Below are positions 48,515 to 57,921 of a stretch of DNA of 64,000 bases, one piece after another (the stretch's first letter is position 1; every line of letters begins with the position of its first letter). The stretch spans positions 1 to 64,000 of the forward strand of contig CAVRUC010000008.1 of the NCBI GenBank assembly GCA_963724295.1. Direction: 5' to 3'. The stretch is from an uncultured Chloroflexia bacterium (GTDB taxonomy: Bacteria > Chloroflexota > Chloroflexia > Thermomicrobiales > UBA6265). A program made the position numbers and the translations under genes. The notes below the pieces were generated by a model. The model saw only the letters and a program-made list of their open reading frames with translations, searched no databases and was not told where the DNA came from.

Positions 48515-49753
48515 GTGACGGAGAAACCGGAGCTGGATGCGTTCGGCCGCGAGTACGCTCGCCTCTCATTCGGCATCGAACGCCATGTCCCCGGCTTCAT
48601 CGACGCGTACCTCGGTCCGGATCACGTCCGCGCCGCGCTCAATCCCGAAACCCCGCCGGCGCCGGCTGCACTCGTCACGGCGGCGCGTGAGCTCCTGGCA
48701 CGGATTCCGTCGCTGGACGCGCCCGAGAGTCGCAAGGGGTATCTGACCAAGCAGGTCGAGGCCATGCTGGCCACCGCCCGGCGCGTGGCCGGGGAGGAAT
48801 TACCGTACCGCGAGGAGGTACGGCTTCTCTTCGACATCGAGCCAGTAGCGACACCGGAGGGGATCTACGACGCGGCGATCAGCGATCTCGACACCCTTAT
48901 ACCCGGCGACGGCCCGATCGCCGAGCGCATGGTCACCTGGCGGCAGAGCTATGCGGTCCCGCCCGAGACCGCGAGACGCCTGGTCGACGTCATTTTGCCG
49001 GAGCTGCGAGCGCGGACCGAGGAGTTCGTCGAGCTTCCCGAAGACGAGTCGATCGAGATTCGCATGGTGCAGGATCAGCCCTGGAGCGGCTACAACTGGT
49101 ATCTCGGCAACGGGCGCTCGCGCGTCGATCTCAATACCGATCTCCCGATCTACGCCTATCGATTGACCGATCTGCTCGCTCACGAGGGATACCCCGGTCA
49201 TCACACCGAGCATGCCCTGAAGGAACGCCATTACACCGAGCATGGGCTGGGCGAGCACGCCCTGCAACTGATCAACACGCCCGAGTGCCTGATCTCGGAG
49301 GGGATCGCGACGGTCGCCGAGAAGATGCTGTTCACTCCGCGGGAGCTGGTCCGCTTTCGCCGCGAGCGCGTCTACCCGGCTGCCGGGATCAGCGGCGATC
49401 CCGACCGCGAAGTCGCGATCGGCGCCGCGCAGCGCATCCTGCGCTCGGTTCCGGGCAACGCGGCCCTCTTGCTCCATGAGGAGGGCCAGGATCCGGAGGA
49501 CGTGGTCGCCTACTTGCAGCGCTACGGGCTGGTGGCGGAGGAGGAAGCGCGCCAGCGACTGCGATTCATCGCCGATCCCCTCTGGCGTGCCTACATCTTC
49601 ACCTACCACGTCGGCTACGAGCTGATCTCCGGGTGGCTAGACCAGGCGCCGGCTGAGCGCCAGAGTCGCTTCCGGACGCTCCTCACCGAGCAGGTCTACC
49701 CGTCGCAAATTGCCGCCTGGACGACTTCCGGCGCCGGTCCACTTCCTGCTTGA
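48515..49753 (+). CDS. DUF885-like protein (HExxxxH metallopeptidase-like)
   Basis: WSGYNWYLG, AHEGYPGHH, SEGIA and YIFTY. Confidence 0.7.
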   Translation: MTEKPELDAFGREYARLSFGIERHVPGFIDAYLGPDHVRAALNPETPPAPAALVTAARELLARIPSLDAPESRKGYLTKQVEAMLATARRVAGEELPYREEVRLLFDIEPVATPEGIYDAAISDLDTLIPGDGPIAERMVTWRQSYAVPPETARRLVDVILPELRARTEEFVELPEDESIEIRMVQDQPWSGYNWYLGNGRSRVDLNTDLPIYAYRLTDLLAHEGYPGHHTEHALKERHYTEHGLGEHALQLINTPECLISEGIATVAEKMLFTPRELVRFRRERVYPAAGISGDPDREVAIGAAQRILRSVPGNAALLLHEEGQDPEDVVAYLQRYGLVAEEEARQRLRFIADPLWRAYIFTYHVGYELISGWLDQAPAERQSRFRTLLTEQVYPSQIAAWTTSGAGPLPA

Positions 49754-49841
49754 CCGTAACCCGGCATGCGAGGCATGGCAGGAACTGGTACAAACGCGGA
49801 ACACGAGCTCGCCGAAGCGATGGCGCAGTGGAGGTTTGGCA

Positions 49842-50102
49842 ATGGCGAAGGAACGGCACACCGTCGCGTTCGTGGTTGGCGCGGCGCTGGGAGGCGCCGT
49901 CGGGGCGATCTACGGTCTCATGAACGCGCCGCGCCCGGGCGCGCAAACCCGTGCTGACCTGACCGAGCGCTGGCATGACGTCGGCGAGCGCACCGCGCAG
50001 GAGATCGCCAATCTGGAAACCGAGGTGCGCGATCGGGTAGCCCCCGAGTGGTCATCGCACGGTCGCATCGACGTCCGGCTCGACAGCCCGGCGCGGAGCT
50101 AG
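49842..50102 (+). CDS. YtxH-like protein
   Basis: FVVGAALGGAVGAIYGLMNAPRPGAQTR; GGAGG upstream. Confidence 0.8.
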   Translation: MAKERHTVAFVVGAALGGAVGAIYGLMNAPRPGAQTRADLTERWHDVGERTAQEIANLETEVRDRVAPEWSSHGRIDVRLDSPARS

Positions 50103-50112
50103 GAGTCGCGCG

Positions 50113-50847
50113 GTGTTCCCCATCGGCGATGAAAATGCCGGGACGGCCATCAAACCGCTCGTCAACTGGACGCTCATCGGGATTTGCATCCTCGTCTTCG
50201 TCTACGAGCTCATCCTGCCCCCGGCGCAGCTCGACGCCTTCTTCCTGCAATGGGGCGCGATCCCGGCGGAGATCACCCGATTCCAGGACCTGCATGGGCT
50301 GCTCACGTCGATGTTTCTCCATGGCGGTTGGGCCCATATCATCGGGAACATGGTCTTCCTGCTCGTCTTCGGCGACAACATCGAAGACGCCATGGGTCAC
50401 ATCTCGTATCTCCTCTTCTATCTCCTCACGGGCATCATTGCTGGTCTTAGCCAGATCCTCCTCAGTCCCGACTCGACGATCCCCCTGATCGGGGCGTCGG
50501 GAGCCATCTCCGGCGTGCTGGGCGCCTACATCGTCCTCTTCCCGCACGGAAAGGTGCGGGCGCTCGTCTTCTTCGGCTACTTCGGTCAGATTATCCTGGT
50601 GCCCGCCTGGGTGATGATCGGGATCTGGTTCGCCCTGCAGCTCTTCAGCGGGTTCGCGTCACTTGGCGCACCCGACGTCGGTGGAGTCGCCTTCTGGGCG
50701 CATGTCGGTGGGTTCGTGGCCGGCGCGGTGCTGGTCTGGCTGTTCCGGGATCGGGACGCCGTGGCGCGACAGAACGCGGTCCGGGAAGGACACCAGGCCT
50801 GGCAGCGCGTGCCAAGCGGCGCCCGCTCTACGCGCGGGCGGTTCTAG
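50113..50847 (+). CDS. Rhomboid family intramembrane serine protease
   Basis: HGGWAHIIGNM, GASGA and AHVGG. Confidence 0.95.
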   Translation: MFPIGDENAGTAIKPLVNWTLIGICILVFVYELILPPAQLDAFFLQWGAIPAEITRFQDLHGLLTSMFLHGGWAHIIGNMVFLLVFGDNIEDAMGHISYLLFYLLTGIIAGLSQILLSPDSTIPLIGASGAISGVLGAYIVLFPHGKVRALVFFGYFGQIILVPAWVMIGIWFALQLFSGFASLGAPDVGGVAFWAHVGGFVAGAVLVWLFRDRDAVARQNAVREGHQAWQRVPSGARSTRGRF

Positions 50848-50857
50848 AGAGGTCATC

Positions 50858-51109
50858 GTGCAGGTGAATCCGTTTATTCGATTTGACGTCGATCTCGAGG
50901 CACTGACGGACGCCATGTGGGCGTTCGTTACCGACCCGCGGCCATCGCGGAACGAGCGTCCCGTGGTGAAGGCGTTGGATGACATTCACCCTGAAAGCGT
51001 TGAGGTGCTGGAATCGATGCTCCTCGATGGCACCGAGGAGCGCGAGGACGTCGCCGCGTACGTTGCGACGGTCTTCGGCGACCGGGTCGGCCAGTCGGTG
51101 AGTCGGTAA
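50858..51109 (+). CDS. Hypothetical acidic protein (83 aa)
   Basis: GAGG before GTG, directly after the rhomboid stop; coding-like codon use. Confidence 0.6.
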   Translation: MQVNPFIRFDVDLEALTDAMWAFVTDPRPSRNERPVVKALDDIHPESVEVLESMLLDGTEEREDVAAYVATVFGDRVGQSVSR

Positions 51110-51124
51110 GTCGGTAAGTCGGAC
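51085..51124. repeat. 8-nt tandem repeat (AGTCGGTA-like, 4-5 units)
   Basis: ggtcggcc agtcggtg agtcggta agtcggta agtcggac, spanning the stop codon between convergent genes. Confidence 0.75.
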
Positions 51125-51161
51125 TAAGGACGAAGAATAGACTGATAGCCGATGAGTCAGA

Positions 51162-54100
51162 TCAGTCGGCCGGCAGGGACTCGCTTAGCCGCAACGAAAG
51201 CACCTGCGAAACACCATCGGCGCCCATGCTGACCCCGTAGAGGGTGTCGGCGATCTCGATCGTGCCCCGGTTGTGGGTGACGACGATGATCTGCGACTGC
51301 GCCGCCAGCTCGCGCAGTCGCTCCCGGAAGCGGACCACATTCGCCTCGTCGAGAGCGGCATCGACCTCGTCCAGGAGGCAGAACGGCACCGGATTCACCT
51401 TCAGGATGGCGATCAGCAATGCGGCCGCGGTCAACGCGCGTTCGCCGCCGGAGAGGAGAGCCAGGCTTTGCAATCGCTTGCCCGGCGGTTGGGCGATGAT
51501 GTCGATGCCAGGCTCGGCGCCGTTATCACCCGTGGTCAGCACCAGTTGCGCCGTACCACCACCAAAGAGGGTGGCAAACGCCTCGGCGAACGCGGCGGCC
51601 ACCATGGCGAAGGTCTCGTCGAATCGCGCGCGCATGGTGCGTCGCAGGTCCACCAGCAGGTCCCGGAGCGCGGCGGCAGCCCCTTCGACGTCGGCAAGCT
51701 GCTCGCGCAGATAAGCCTGTTGCGCACTCTCGCGTTCGTAATCGGCGACCGCGTCGTCGCCAACATAACCGACGCGACGCAGACGCTCCCGCAGCCGGGC
51801 AATCTCTGCCTCCCGATCCGCCGTCGGCGGCGTGATGGCGCTCACCGACCAGGTGAGCACCTCTTCCACGTTTGCCAGGTCGAGGTCATCGCCGATGCGG
51901 TCGCGCAAGATGTCCAGATCCTGCATGGCGCGCTCGAGCGAGAACCCCGCGTGGTCACGCTCCCGGTCGCGCTCGACAAGCGACGCGTGCGCCGCCTGCA
52001 GCGACTCGGCCAGCCGTCCGGCGGCGATCTCGGCGCCCATGGCTTCCATCCGCAACGGCTCACGCTCGTCCGTCGCGGTCGCCAGCGCGGTGATGCTTGC
52101 CGAAACATCGCTGGAGAGCCGCGCGTGATCGGCGCTCAGCGCCTCGCGCTCGCGATCCAGCGCGGCGCCCCGTTCGGTACGAAGAGCTAATTCCTCGGCG
52201 AGGGCGCGTTCCTGAGACTTGAGACCAGCTTCCCGGCGCCGCTCGCCGCGCAGCCGCTCTTCCAGTCCCGCCAGTCGCCGCCCCTCTTCCGCCGCCGCGC
52301 GCTCCACACCCGCGGTCGCCGCCATCAGCGTCGAGAGCTCGGTGGCCGACTCCTCGCGGAGACGGGCCGCCTCTTGCCTGGTTGCTTCGAACCGCTTGCT
52401 CTCGCGGTCGAGCTCTTCCTGCCCAGCCGCCACGCGCTCACACTGGATCGTCAGGTCCTGCCAGCGACGTTGGGACCGCTGCTGCTCGCTCCACAGCTCC
52501 TTGAGCCAGTCTGTCAGCCGCTGCCGCTGTTGCCGCCGCTCTTGCGCCGCGGCGCCTAGCGCGGCGCGTTCGTCCTCAGCGTTCCGCTTCGCATCCAGGA
52601 CGGCGCTCACCGCCGCATCGGCGTGTTCCGCTCGATCACGAGCCGCCGCCAGATCGCGCTCGAGCAACGCAATCGCGTCGGGGAGCTCTCTCAGCTCACG
52701 TTCTCGGGCCAGCGTCCCGCTCCCGGCCGCGGCGGATCCACCAGTCACCGAGCCACCGGCGCGGGCGATCTCGCCGGTAATGGTGACGACACTCCAACCC
52801 GCTGGAAGGTGACCCAACGCCGATCGCGCGGTGTCCAGGTCGTCGGCGACCAGCGTCCGTCCCAGCAGCGCGGCAACAACCGGGGTCACGTGCGCGGGCG
52901 CGGAAACCAGATGCGCGGCCACGCCCAGAACCCCGGGTAGCTCTTGCGCCTCGGTCGCGTGTGTCCTGGCTCGGTCCGCTCGCACGGTTTCGAGCGGTTG
53001 AAAGGTGGCGCGTCCCGCGCCCGATTGCTTCAGGTGGGCGATGGCAGCCTCGGCGTCCGCCCATTTGGACACCACGATGTCCTGGAGACGGCTCCCCAGA
53101 GCGACCTCGATGGCGACTTCGAGAGACTCCGGAACCACCAGCAGCTCGGCCACCGTGCCCAGAATGCCTTCGAGCCGACCGTCGCGTCCCGCCGCCAGCG
53201 CTTCCCGCACGCCGCCATGCAGACCGGCGCCGCTCTCGTGCATCCTCTGCAGCACCTCCAGCCGCGTCGACGCGTCTCCCAGAGCGCGATGCAGCCGCTC
53301 GGCGTCGGCCTCGGTTGAGGTGGCATGGCTCGCCGCCAGCTCCAGATCACGCGACAGTTCGGTGATTCGCGCCTCGAGCGCGGCGATCCGCTCGGCGTCG
53401 GCATGAGCGGCGGCATCCGCCTGCGCGGCGTCGGCCTCGAGCGTCTCTATCCGGCTTGCGCGTTCGTCGATGGCCCCGCGTAAGCGCTCGTGCTCGGCGG
53501 TCAGCGATTCTCCGCGCTCGACGAGGACCGCGCGCTCGCGCGCCAGCTCCGCCGCCAGCCGCTCACTCTCGGTCAGCTCTCGCATCGCCGTGGCGAGGCG
53601 CGCTTCCAGCGCCGCCCGCGCCTGACGCTGGGTGGTCAGATCCCGAGCGTGCCGAGCGGCGGCATCGCGCGATTCCGTGGTGGCTCGCTCGAGGTCGCGC
53701 AATTCGGATTGGAGCTTCGCCAGTTCCGCCAGCACGCTGGCCACGCGCTCGTCGAGCCCCACGCGGGCGTCGTCCATGTCGGCGCGCCGCTTGCTCAACG
53801 CCTCGAACCGGGCCGCGGCCAGATCGCGCTCGTGTGTCTGACGCCGCAGCCGGTCTTCCAGCGCCGCGCGATGCTCGTCGTGTTGGGCCAGCAGCTCGCG
53901 CGCGGCGGTGAGCCGGGTGGTGGCGCGTTCTCCGGCCGCGGCAAGCCTGGCGACTTCCGCGTGCGCGGCTTCGACCGCACGCGCGGCGTTTTCCGCCTCG
54001 GCCTGGGCTACGGCGAGCGTGGCCATAGCGGCTTCGAGCGCCTCGCGGTAGTGGGCTCCCTGCAGGTCGCGCAGGCGGTTGCGAATGCTCTGCCACTCTT

Positions 54101-54758
54101 TGGCCTGCCGTGCGGCGCGCTCCAGCGATCTCAGGCGCGGTTCCAACTCGATCAGCAAGTCGCTCAACCGCGTGGTATTGGCGTCCGTCTCGGCCAGGTT
54201 GCGCTCGGCCTCGGCGACTTTGAGCCGTAGACCCGACAGGTCCGCCGCATGCTCGAAGAGACCGCGCCGCTCCTCGGCGCGCAGGCTCAGCGCGGCATCG
54301 ACCAGACCCTGTCCCACGACTACGTGGCTCTGGCCGAGTCCCGCGGTGAGCAAGGCAACGTCCTTCAGGCGCACCCGGCGACCGTTGATGAGGTACTGGT
54401 TCTCACCGGAGCGGAATGCGCGGCGAGTGATCGAGACTTCGGCGTACTCGATCGGAAGCCACCCGTCGGCGTTGTCGAAGGTGAGCGTTGCCTCGGCCAT
54501 GCCGGCCGGGGCCCGGCCGTGGCCGCCGCTGAAGATGACGTCCTCGGTCTTCCTGGCGCGTAGCGCGTGCTGCCCCTGCTCGCCCAGGACCCAGCGCACC
54601 GCGTCGGCCACGTTCGACTTGCCGCTCCCGTTCGGGCCCACGATCCCGGTGATCCCGGGCTCGAACGCGAAGACAGTGCGATTGAGGAAGCTCTTGAAGC
54701 CCTGGATTTCGAGGCGGGTCAAACGGGGAGCGCGAAAGAGGGTCTCGTCGTCGGTCAT
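51162..54758 (-). CDS. smc: Chromosome segregation protein SMC
   Basis: GFKSF, GPNGSGKSN, coiled coils, hinge GRATF...GGSVTGG, LSGGE and LDEVDAALD. Confidence 0.97.
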   Translation of the reverse strand: MTDDETLFRAPRLTRLEIQGFKSFLNRTVFAFEPGITGIVGPNGSGKSNVADAVRWVLGEQGQHALRARKTEDVIFSGGHGRAPAGMAEATLTFDNADGWLPIEYAEVSITRRAFRSGENQYLINGRRVRLKDVALLTAGLGQSHVVVGQGLVDAALSLRAEERRGLFEHAADLSGLRLKVAEAERNLAETDANTTRLSDLLIELEPRLRSLERAARQAKEWQSIRNRLRDLQGAHYREALEAAMATLAVAQAEAENAARAVEAAHAEVARLAAAGERATTRLTAARELLAQHDEHRAALEDRLRRQTHERDLAAARFEALSKRRADMDDARVGLDERVASVLAELAKLQSELRDLERATTESRDAAARHARDLTTQRQARAALEARLATAMRELTESERLAAELARERAVLVERGESLTAEHERLRGAIDERASRIETLEADAAQADAAAHADAERIAALEARITELSRDLELAASHATSTEADAERLHRALGDASTRLEVLQRMHESGAGLHGGVREALAAGRDGRLEGILGTVAELLVVPESLEVAIEVALGSRLQDIVVSKWADAEAAIAHLKQSGAGRATFQPLETVRADRARTHATEAQELPGVLGVAAHLVSAPAHVTPVVAALLGRTLVADDLDTARSALGHLPAGWSVVTITGEIARAGGSVTGGSAAAGSGTLARERELRELPDAIALLERDLAAARDRAEHADAAVSAVLDAKRNAEDERAALGAAAQERRQQRQRLTDWLKELWSEQQRSQRRWQDLTIQCERVAAGQEELDRESKRFEATRQEAARLREESATELSTLMAATAGVERAAAEEGRRLAGLEERLRGERRREAGLKSQERALAEELALRTERGAALDREREALSADHARLSSDVSASITALATATDEREPLRMEAMGAEIAAGRLAESLQAAHASLVERDRERDHAGFSLERAMQDLDILRDRIGDDLDLANVEEVLTWSVSAITPPTADREAEIARLRERLRRVGYVGDDAVADYERESAQQAYLREQLADVEGAAAALRDLLVDLRRTMRARFDETFAMVAAAFAEAFATLFGGGTAQLVLTTGDNGAEPGIDIIAQPPGKRLQSLALLSGGERALTAAALLIAILKVNPVPFCLLDEVDAALDEANVVRFRERLRELAAQSQIIVVTHNRGTIEIADTLYGVSMGADGVSQVLSLRLSESLPAD

Positions 54759-54888
54759 CGCGGCGGAGCCCTTGGGAACGACACGGGTGTTGGCACTGGA
54801 TGTGCCTGCCCGGCACAGGACGGATGGTACCATCGCCCGCCGGACCGGACAACGAGCCCGGCCAGGCTGATGTGGAGGAGGCTCGCGA

Positions 54889-56196
54889 GTGACCGACACT
54901 CGAACCGCAACCCGTGGCGGACGGCGCGGCAGCCTGCGAGTGCTCCAGCCACCGCGATTGCGACTTGGGCTTTCCACCGGCGCGCTTTATCCCACGCCCA
55001 CCGAAGACGTTCCAGACGTGGCCGCTCGCGCCGGACTGTTCGATCTGGAGATCATGCTCCAGACGCCTGGCGAATACGGCGCCGGCTTCATCCGGGAGCT
55101 CGCCACGCGCTGCCGAAACGCCGGGTCCCGCGTGCACGCGGTCCATCTCTGGCAGCAGCTGCATCCCCTGCTCTCGCCCTATGCGCGACGGGCGCGCGAG
55201 GGCCGTACCCTGTTCGCGCGCGCAATCGACGGTGCGGTCGAGCTGGGGGCAAAGGTCATCGTCTGGCATGGCCCCAAGCAGACCGAGATGAGGACACCGG
55301 CGGCCTACCCGCATTTCATCGACGCGGCCACGGACCGTGGCGCGGCCTGCGCCGCGGCCGGGCTGCGTCTGGCTGTCGAGAACGTCTCCTGGTGCGCGTT
55401 AGCCTCGGTGCGGGATGTTCTTGCCTTCTCGGCGAGCATGAAGGAGCTCGATCCCCGCGCGGAGCGGGTCGGCTTCGCTTTCGACCCGTTCCAGGCCGAG
55501 GAGGCGGGCGCGAACCCGTTCATGGTGCTGTCCGCGATGGAGAATCGCGTCTTCGACGTCCATCTCAGCGATCGCCGCAATGGCGATCCCGATACCCGGC
55601 ATCTGTCGCCGGGCGAAGGGGATCTCCCCTGGCCGGCGCTGCTGCGCGCGATTTCCGGGGTGTACTCCGGCCCGCTGATGCTGGAGGGAGTCGTCGGCGA
55701 GGACCTGGCGCGGATCGATGCCACACGCCGTCTGCTCGATCCGGTGTTGCGAGACGTCCTCCAGGAGAGTCGCACTCCGTGCGAGGCCAATCCCCCGGCC
55801 GGGTTGCTGGAAGGTATCCGGCTGTTCAATGAGGGCGAATACTACGAGTGCCATGAGGCGATCGAGCACGAATGGCATGCCGAGACCCGGCCCATCCGCC
55901 GGCTCTATCAAGGCATCTTGCAGATCGGCGTCGGGCTCCTCCACGCGCAACGCGGCAATCACAGCGGGGCACTGATGCTCCTGGCGGACGGTATCGACAA
56001 GACCTCGGAGTTCGCACCCGCCTGTCTCGGCATCGATACCGGCCGGTTGGCCGTCGAGGGCCAGGCGGCCCTCGACCAGTTTCGCGAGCTGGGACCCGAG
56101 CGCCTGGGCGAGTTCGACTTTGCCGCGGCGCCACAGGTCCGGTTCGTAGCGAAGGACGCACCAGCCGGAGCCAACCGTGAAACCCAGGGCTCGTGA
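54889..56196 (+). CDS. Sugar phosphate isomerase/epimerase TIM barrel fused to DUF309
   Basis: AVENV, FDPFQ, VHLSD, HLSPGEG and MLE, followed by FNEGEYYECHEAIEHEW...QGILQIGVGLLH. Confidence 0.85.
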   Translation: MTDTRTATRGGRRGSLRVLQPPRLRLGLSTGALYPTPTEDVPDVAARAGLFDLEIMLQTPGEYGAGFIRELATRCRNAGSRVHAVHLWQQLHPLLSPYARRAREGRTLFARAIDGAVELGAKVIVWHGPKQTEMRTPAAYPHFIDAATDRGAACAAAGLRLAVENVSWCALASVRDVLAFSASMKELDPRAERVGFAFDPFQAEEAGANPFMVLSAMENRVFDVHLSDRRNGDPDTRHLSPGEGDLPWPALLRAISGVYSGPLMLEGVVGEDLARIDATRRLLDPVLRDVLQESRTPCEANPPAGLLEGIRLFNEGEYYECHEAIEHEWHAETRPIRRLYQGILQIGVGLLHAQRGNHSGALMLLADGIDKTSEFAPACLGIDTGRLAVEGQAALDQFRELGPERLGEFDFAAAPQVRFVAKDAPAGANRETQGS

Positions 56197-56957
56197 TCGA
56201 ACCGCCCGCGGATCAGCCCTCGGTTGTCGTCGTCGTTCCGACCTATAACGAGCGGCCCAACATCGACACGCTGATCCACAGCGTGCTCGAACTGGGTCCG
56301 CGCTTCCGCGTCGTGGTCGTCGACGATAGCTCGCCCGACGGCACCGGTGTTCTGGCCGACGCGCTGGCGGCCGCTCATCCCGGACGCATTGAGGTCATCC
56401 ATCGCGCGGTGAAGGGCGGTCTCGGTCCAGCCTATATCGCCGGATTCCGCCAGGCACTGGCGCTGGAGCCCGATCTCATCGCTCAGATGGATGCCGACCT
56501 CTCCCACGATCCGGCCGCGCTGCCGCGCCTCGTGGCGGCGGCCCGCGACGCCGATCTGGTCGTCGGCTCGCGATACGTGGCGGGAGGAGGGACCACTGGC
56601 TGGCCGCTCTGGCGACGGTTCTTGAGCCGCATGGGCGGAAGGTACGCCAGCGCCGTGCTCGGTGCTCCGGTGAGCGATCTGACCAGTGGCTTCAAGGTCT
56701 GGCGGCCCGCCACGTTGCAGCGCATCGGGATCGACGGTCTGCGATCCGATGGCTACGCCTTCACGATCGAAGCCACCTGGCGGGCTTTCAACCAGGGAGC
56801 CCGCGTCGTCGAGGTCCCCATCGTCTTTGCGGACCGAGTCGCCGGAGCATCCAAATTGTCACGGCGGATCGTGATCGAAGCCGCGCTGCTGGTCTGGAAG
56901 CTGCGCTGGGAGGCGCGGTCGTCCCTGTCCAGGGCGAAGACGAACCCGTTGTGCTGA
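56193..56957 (+). CDS. Polyprenol monophosphomannose synthase (GT2, Ppm1/DPM1-like)
   Basis: VPTYNE, DDSSPDGT, GLGPAY, QMDADLSH, GSRY and DLTSGF. Confidence 0.9.
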   Translation: MIEPPADQPSVVVVVPTYNERPNIDTLIHSVLELGPRFRVVVVDDSSPDGTGVLADALAAAHPGRIEVIHRAVKGGLGPAYIAGFRQALALEPDLIAQMDADLSHDPAALPRLVAAARDADLVVGSRYVAGGGTTGWPLWRRFLSRMGGRYASAVLGAPVSDLTSGFKVWRPATLQRIGIDGLRSDGYAFTIEATWRAFNQGARVVEVPIVFADRVAGASKLSRRIVIEAALLVWKLRWEARSSLSRAKTNPLC

Positions 56958-56999
56958 CGAATTCAATGACGGATATCGAAAGATCGAAAGGATGATGTC

Positions 57000-57785
57000 G
57001 TGTCGAACGTGAAGGTCGGCGTTCAGATCCCTCCCCAACATGCCTCGGTGCCCCAGCTGCGAGAAGCCTGGCGCCATGCCGACGACCTTGGTGTCGATTC
57101 CATCTGGACCTGGGACCACTTTTTCCCACTCTCCGGCGATCCTGAGGGGACACACTTCGAGGGGTGGACGCTCCTCGCCGCCATGGCCGAATCGACGCGG
57201 CGCGCCACCATCGGCCCCCTCGTCAGCTGCAACTCCTATCGCAATCCGAATCTGACCGCGGACATGGCACGCACCATCGACCATATCTCGGGGGGACGCT
57301 TCATTCTTGGCATCGGCAGCGGATGGAAAGAGCTCGACTACGATGAGTACGGCTATGACTTCAAGGACGCACCGGCTCGCTTGCGGGACCTGGCGGCGGC
57401 GCTGCCCGTCATCGAGGAACGGCTCGGCAAACTGAACCCGGGGCCGGTGAACGGCCATCTACCGATCATGATTGGTGGCAGCGGCGAGAAGGTCACGCTG
57501 CGACTGGTGGCTCAGCACGCGGACATCTGGAACGGCTTCGGGATGCCCGAGGAGGCCGGCCGCTTGAGCCGCGTCCTCGACGACTGGTGCGCCAGGGTGG
57601 GGCGCGACCCGGCGACGATCGAACGGTCGATCCTCTTCAGTGAAACGAGCCGCGCCGCGCTCGGCGACGAGTACCTGCGCCACGGCATCACCCACCTGAT
57701 CGTCCAGATCAGCGCTCCAGACTTCGACTTCGCCCCGGTGGAGCAGCTGCTGGTCTGGCGGGACCGCGTCCGGGGTGCCGGGTGA
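57000..57785 (+). CDS. LLM class (probably F420-dependent) oxidoreductase
   Basis: [25 protein letters not shown] and IGGSGEK. Confidence 0.88.
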   Translation: MSNVKVGVQIPPQHASVPQLREAWRHADDLGVDSIWTWDHFFPLSGDPEGTHFEGWTLLAAMAESTRRATIGPLVSCNSYRNPNLTADMARTIDHISGGRFILGIGSGWKELDYDEYGYDFKDAPARLRDLAAALPVIEERLGKLNPGPVNGHLPIMIGGSGEKVTLRLVAQHADIWNGFGMPEEAGRLSRVLDDWCARVGRDPATIERSILFSETSRAALGDEYLRHGITHLIVQISAPDFDFAPVEQLLVWRDRVRGAG

Positions 57786-57921
57786 GTCGACTCCCGGCGA
57801 ACGGCGCGATGCGGCACGCTTCGCATTCGGAGTAGAGTTGAGAAACTGAGACCGCCGTGGGACGCGAGCGTCCAGGGTGGTCGATCCCGACGCCTCGCGC
57901 GTTTGTTTTCAGGAGCCCCAC

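Noticed and set aside
49785..49801. sigma54-like motif before the YtxH gene (CTGGTACAAACGCGGAA)
   Set aside because: The -12 element reads GGA rather than TGC, so it is too weak to count.
51162..54758. SMC-like defence system (Wadjet/JetC or similar)
   Set aside because: It is a canonical full-length SMC with hinge, has no jetABD or mks neighbours and sits in a housekeeping context.
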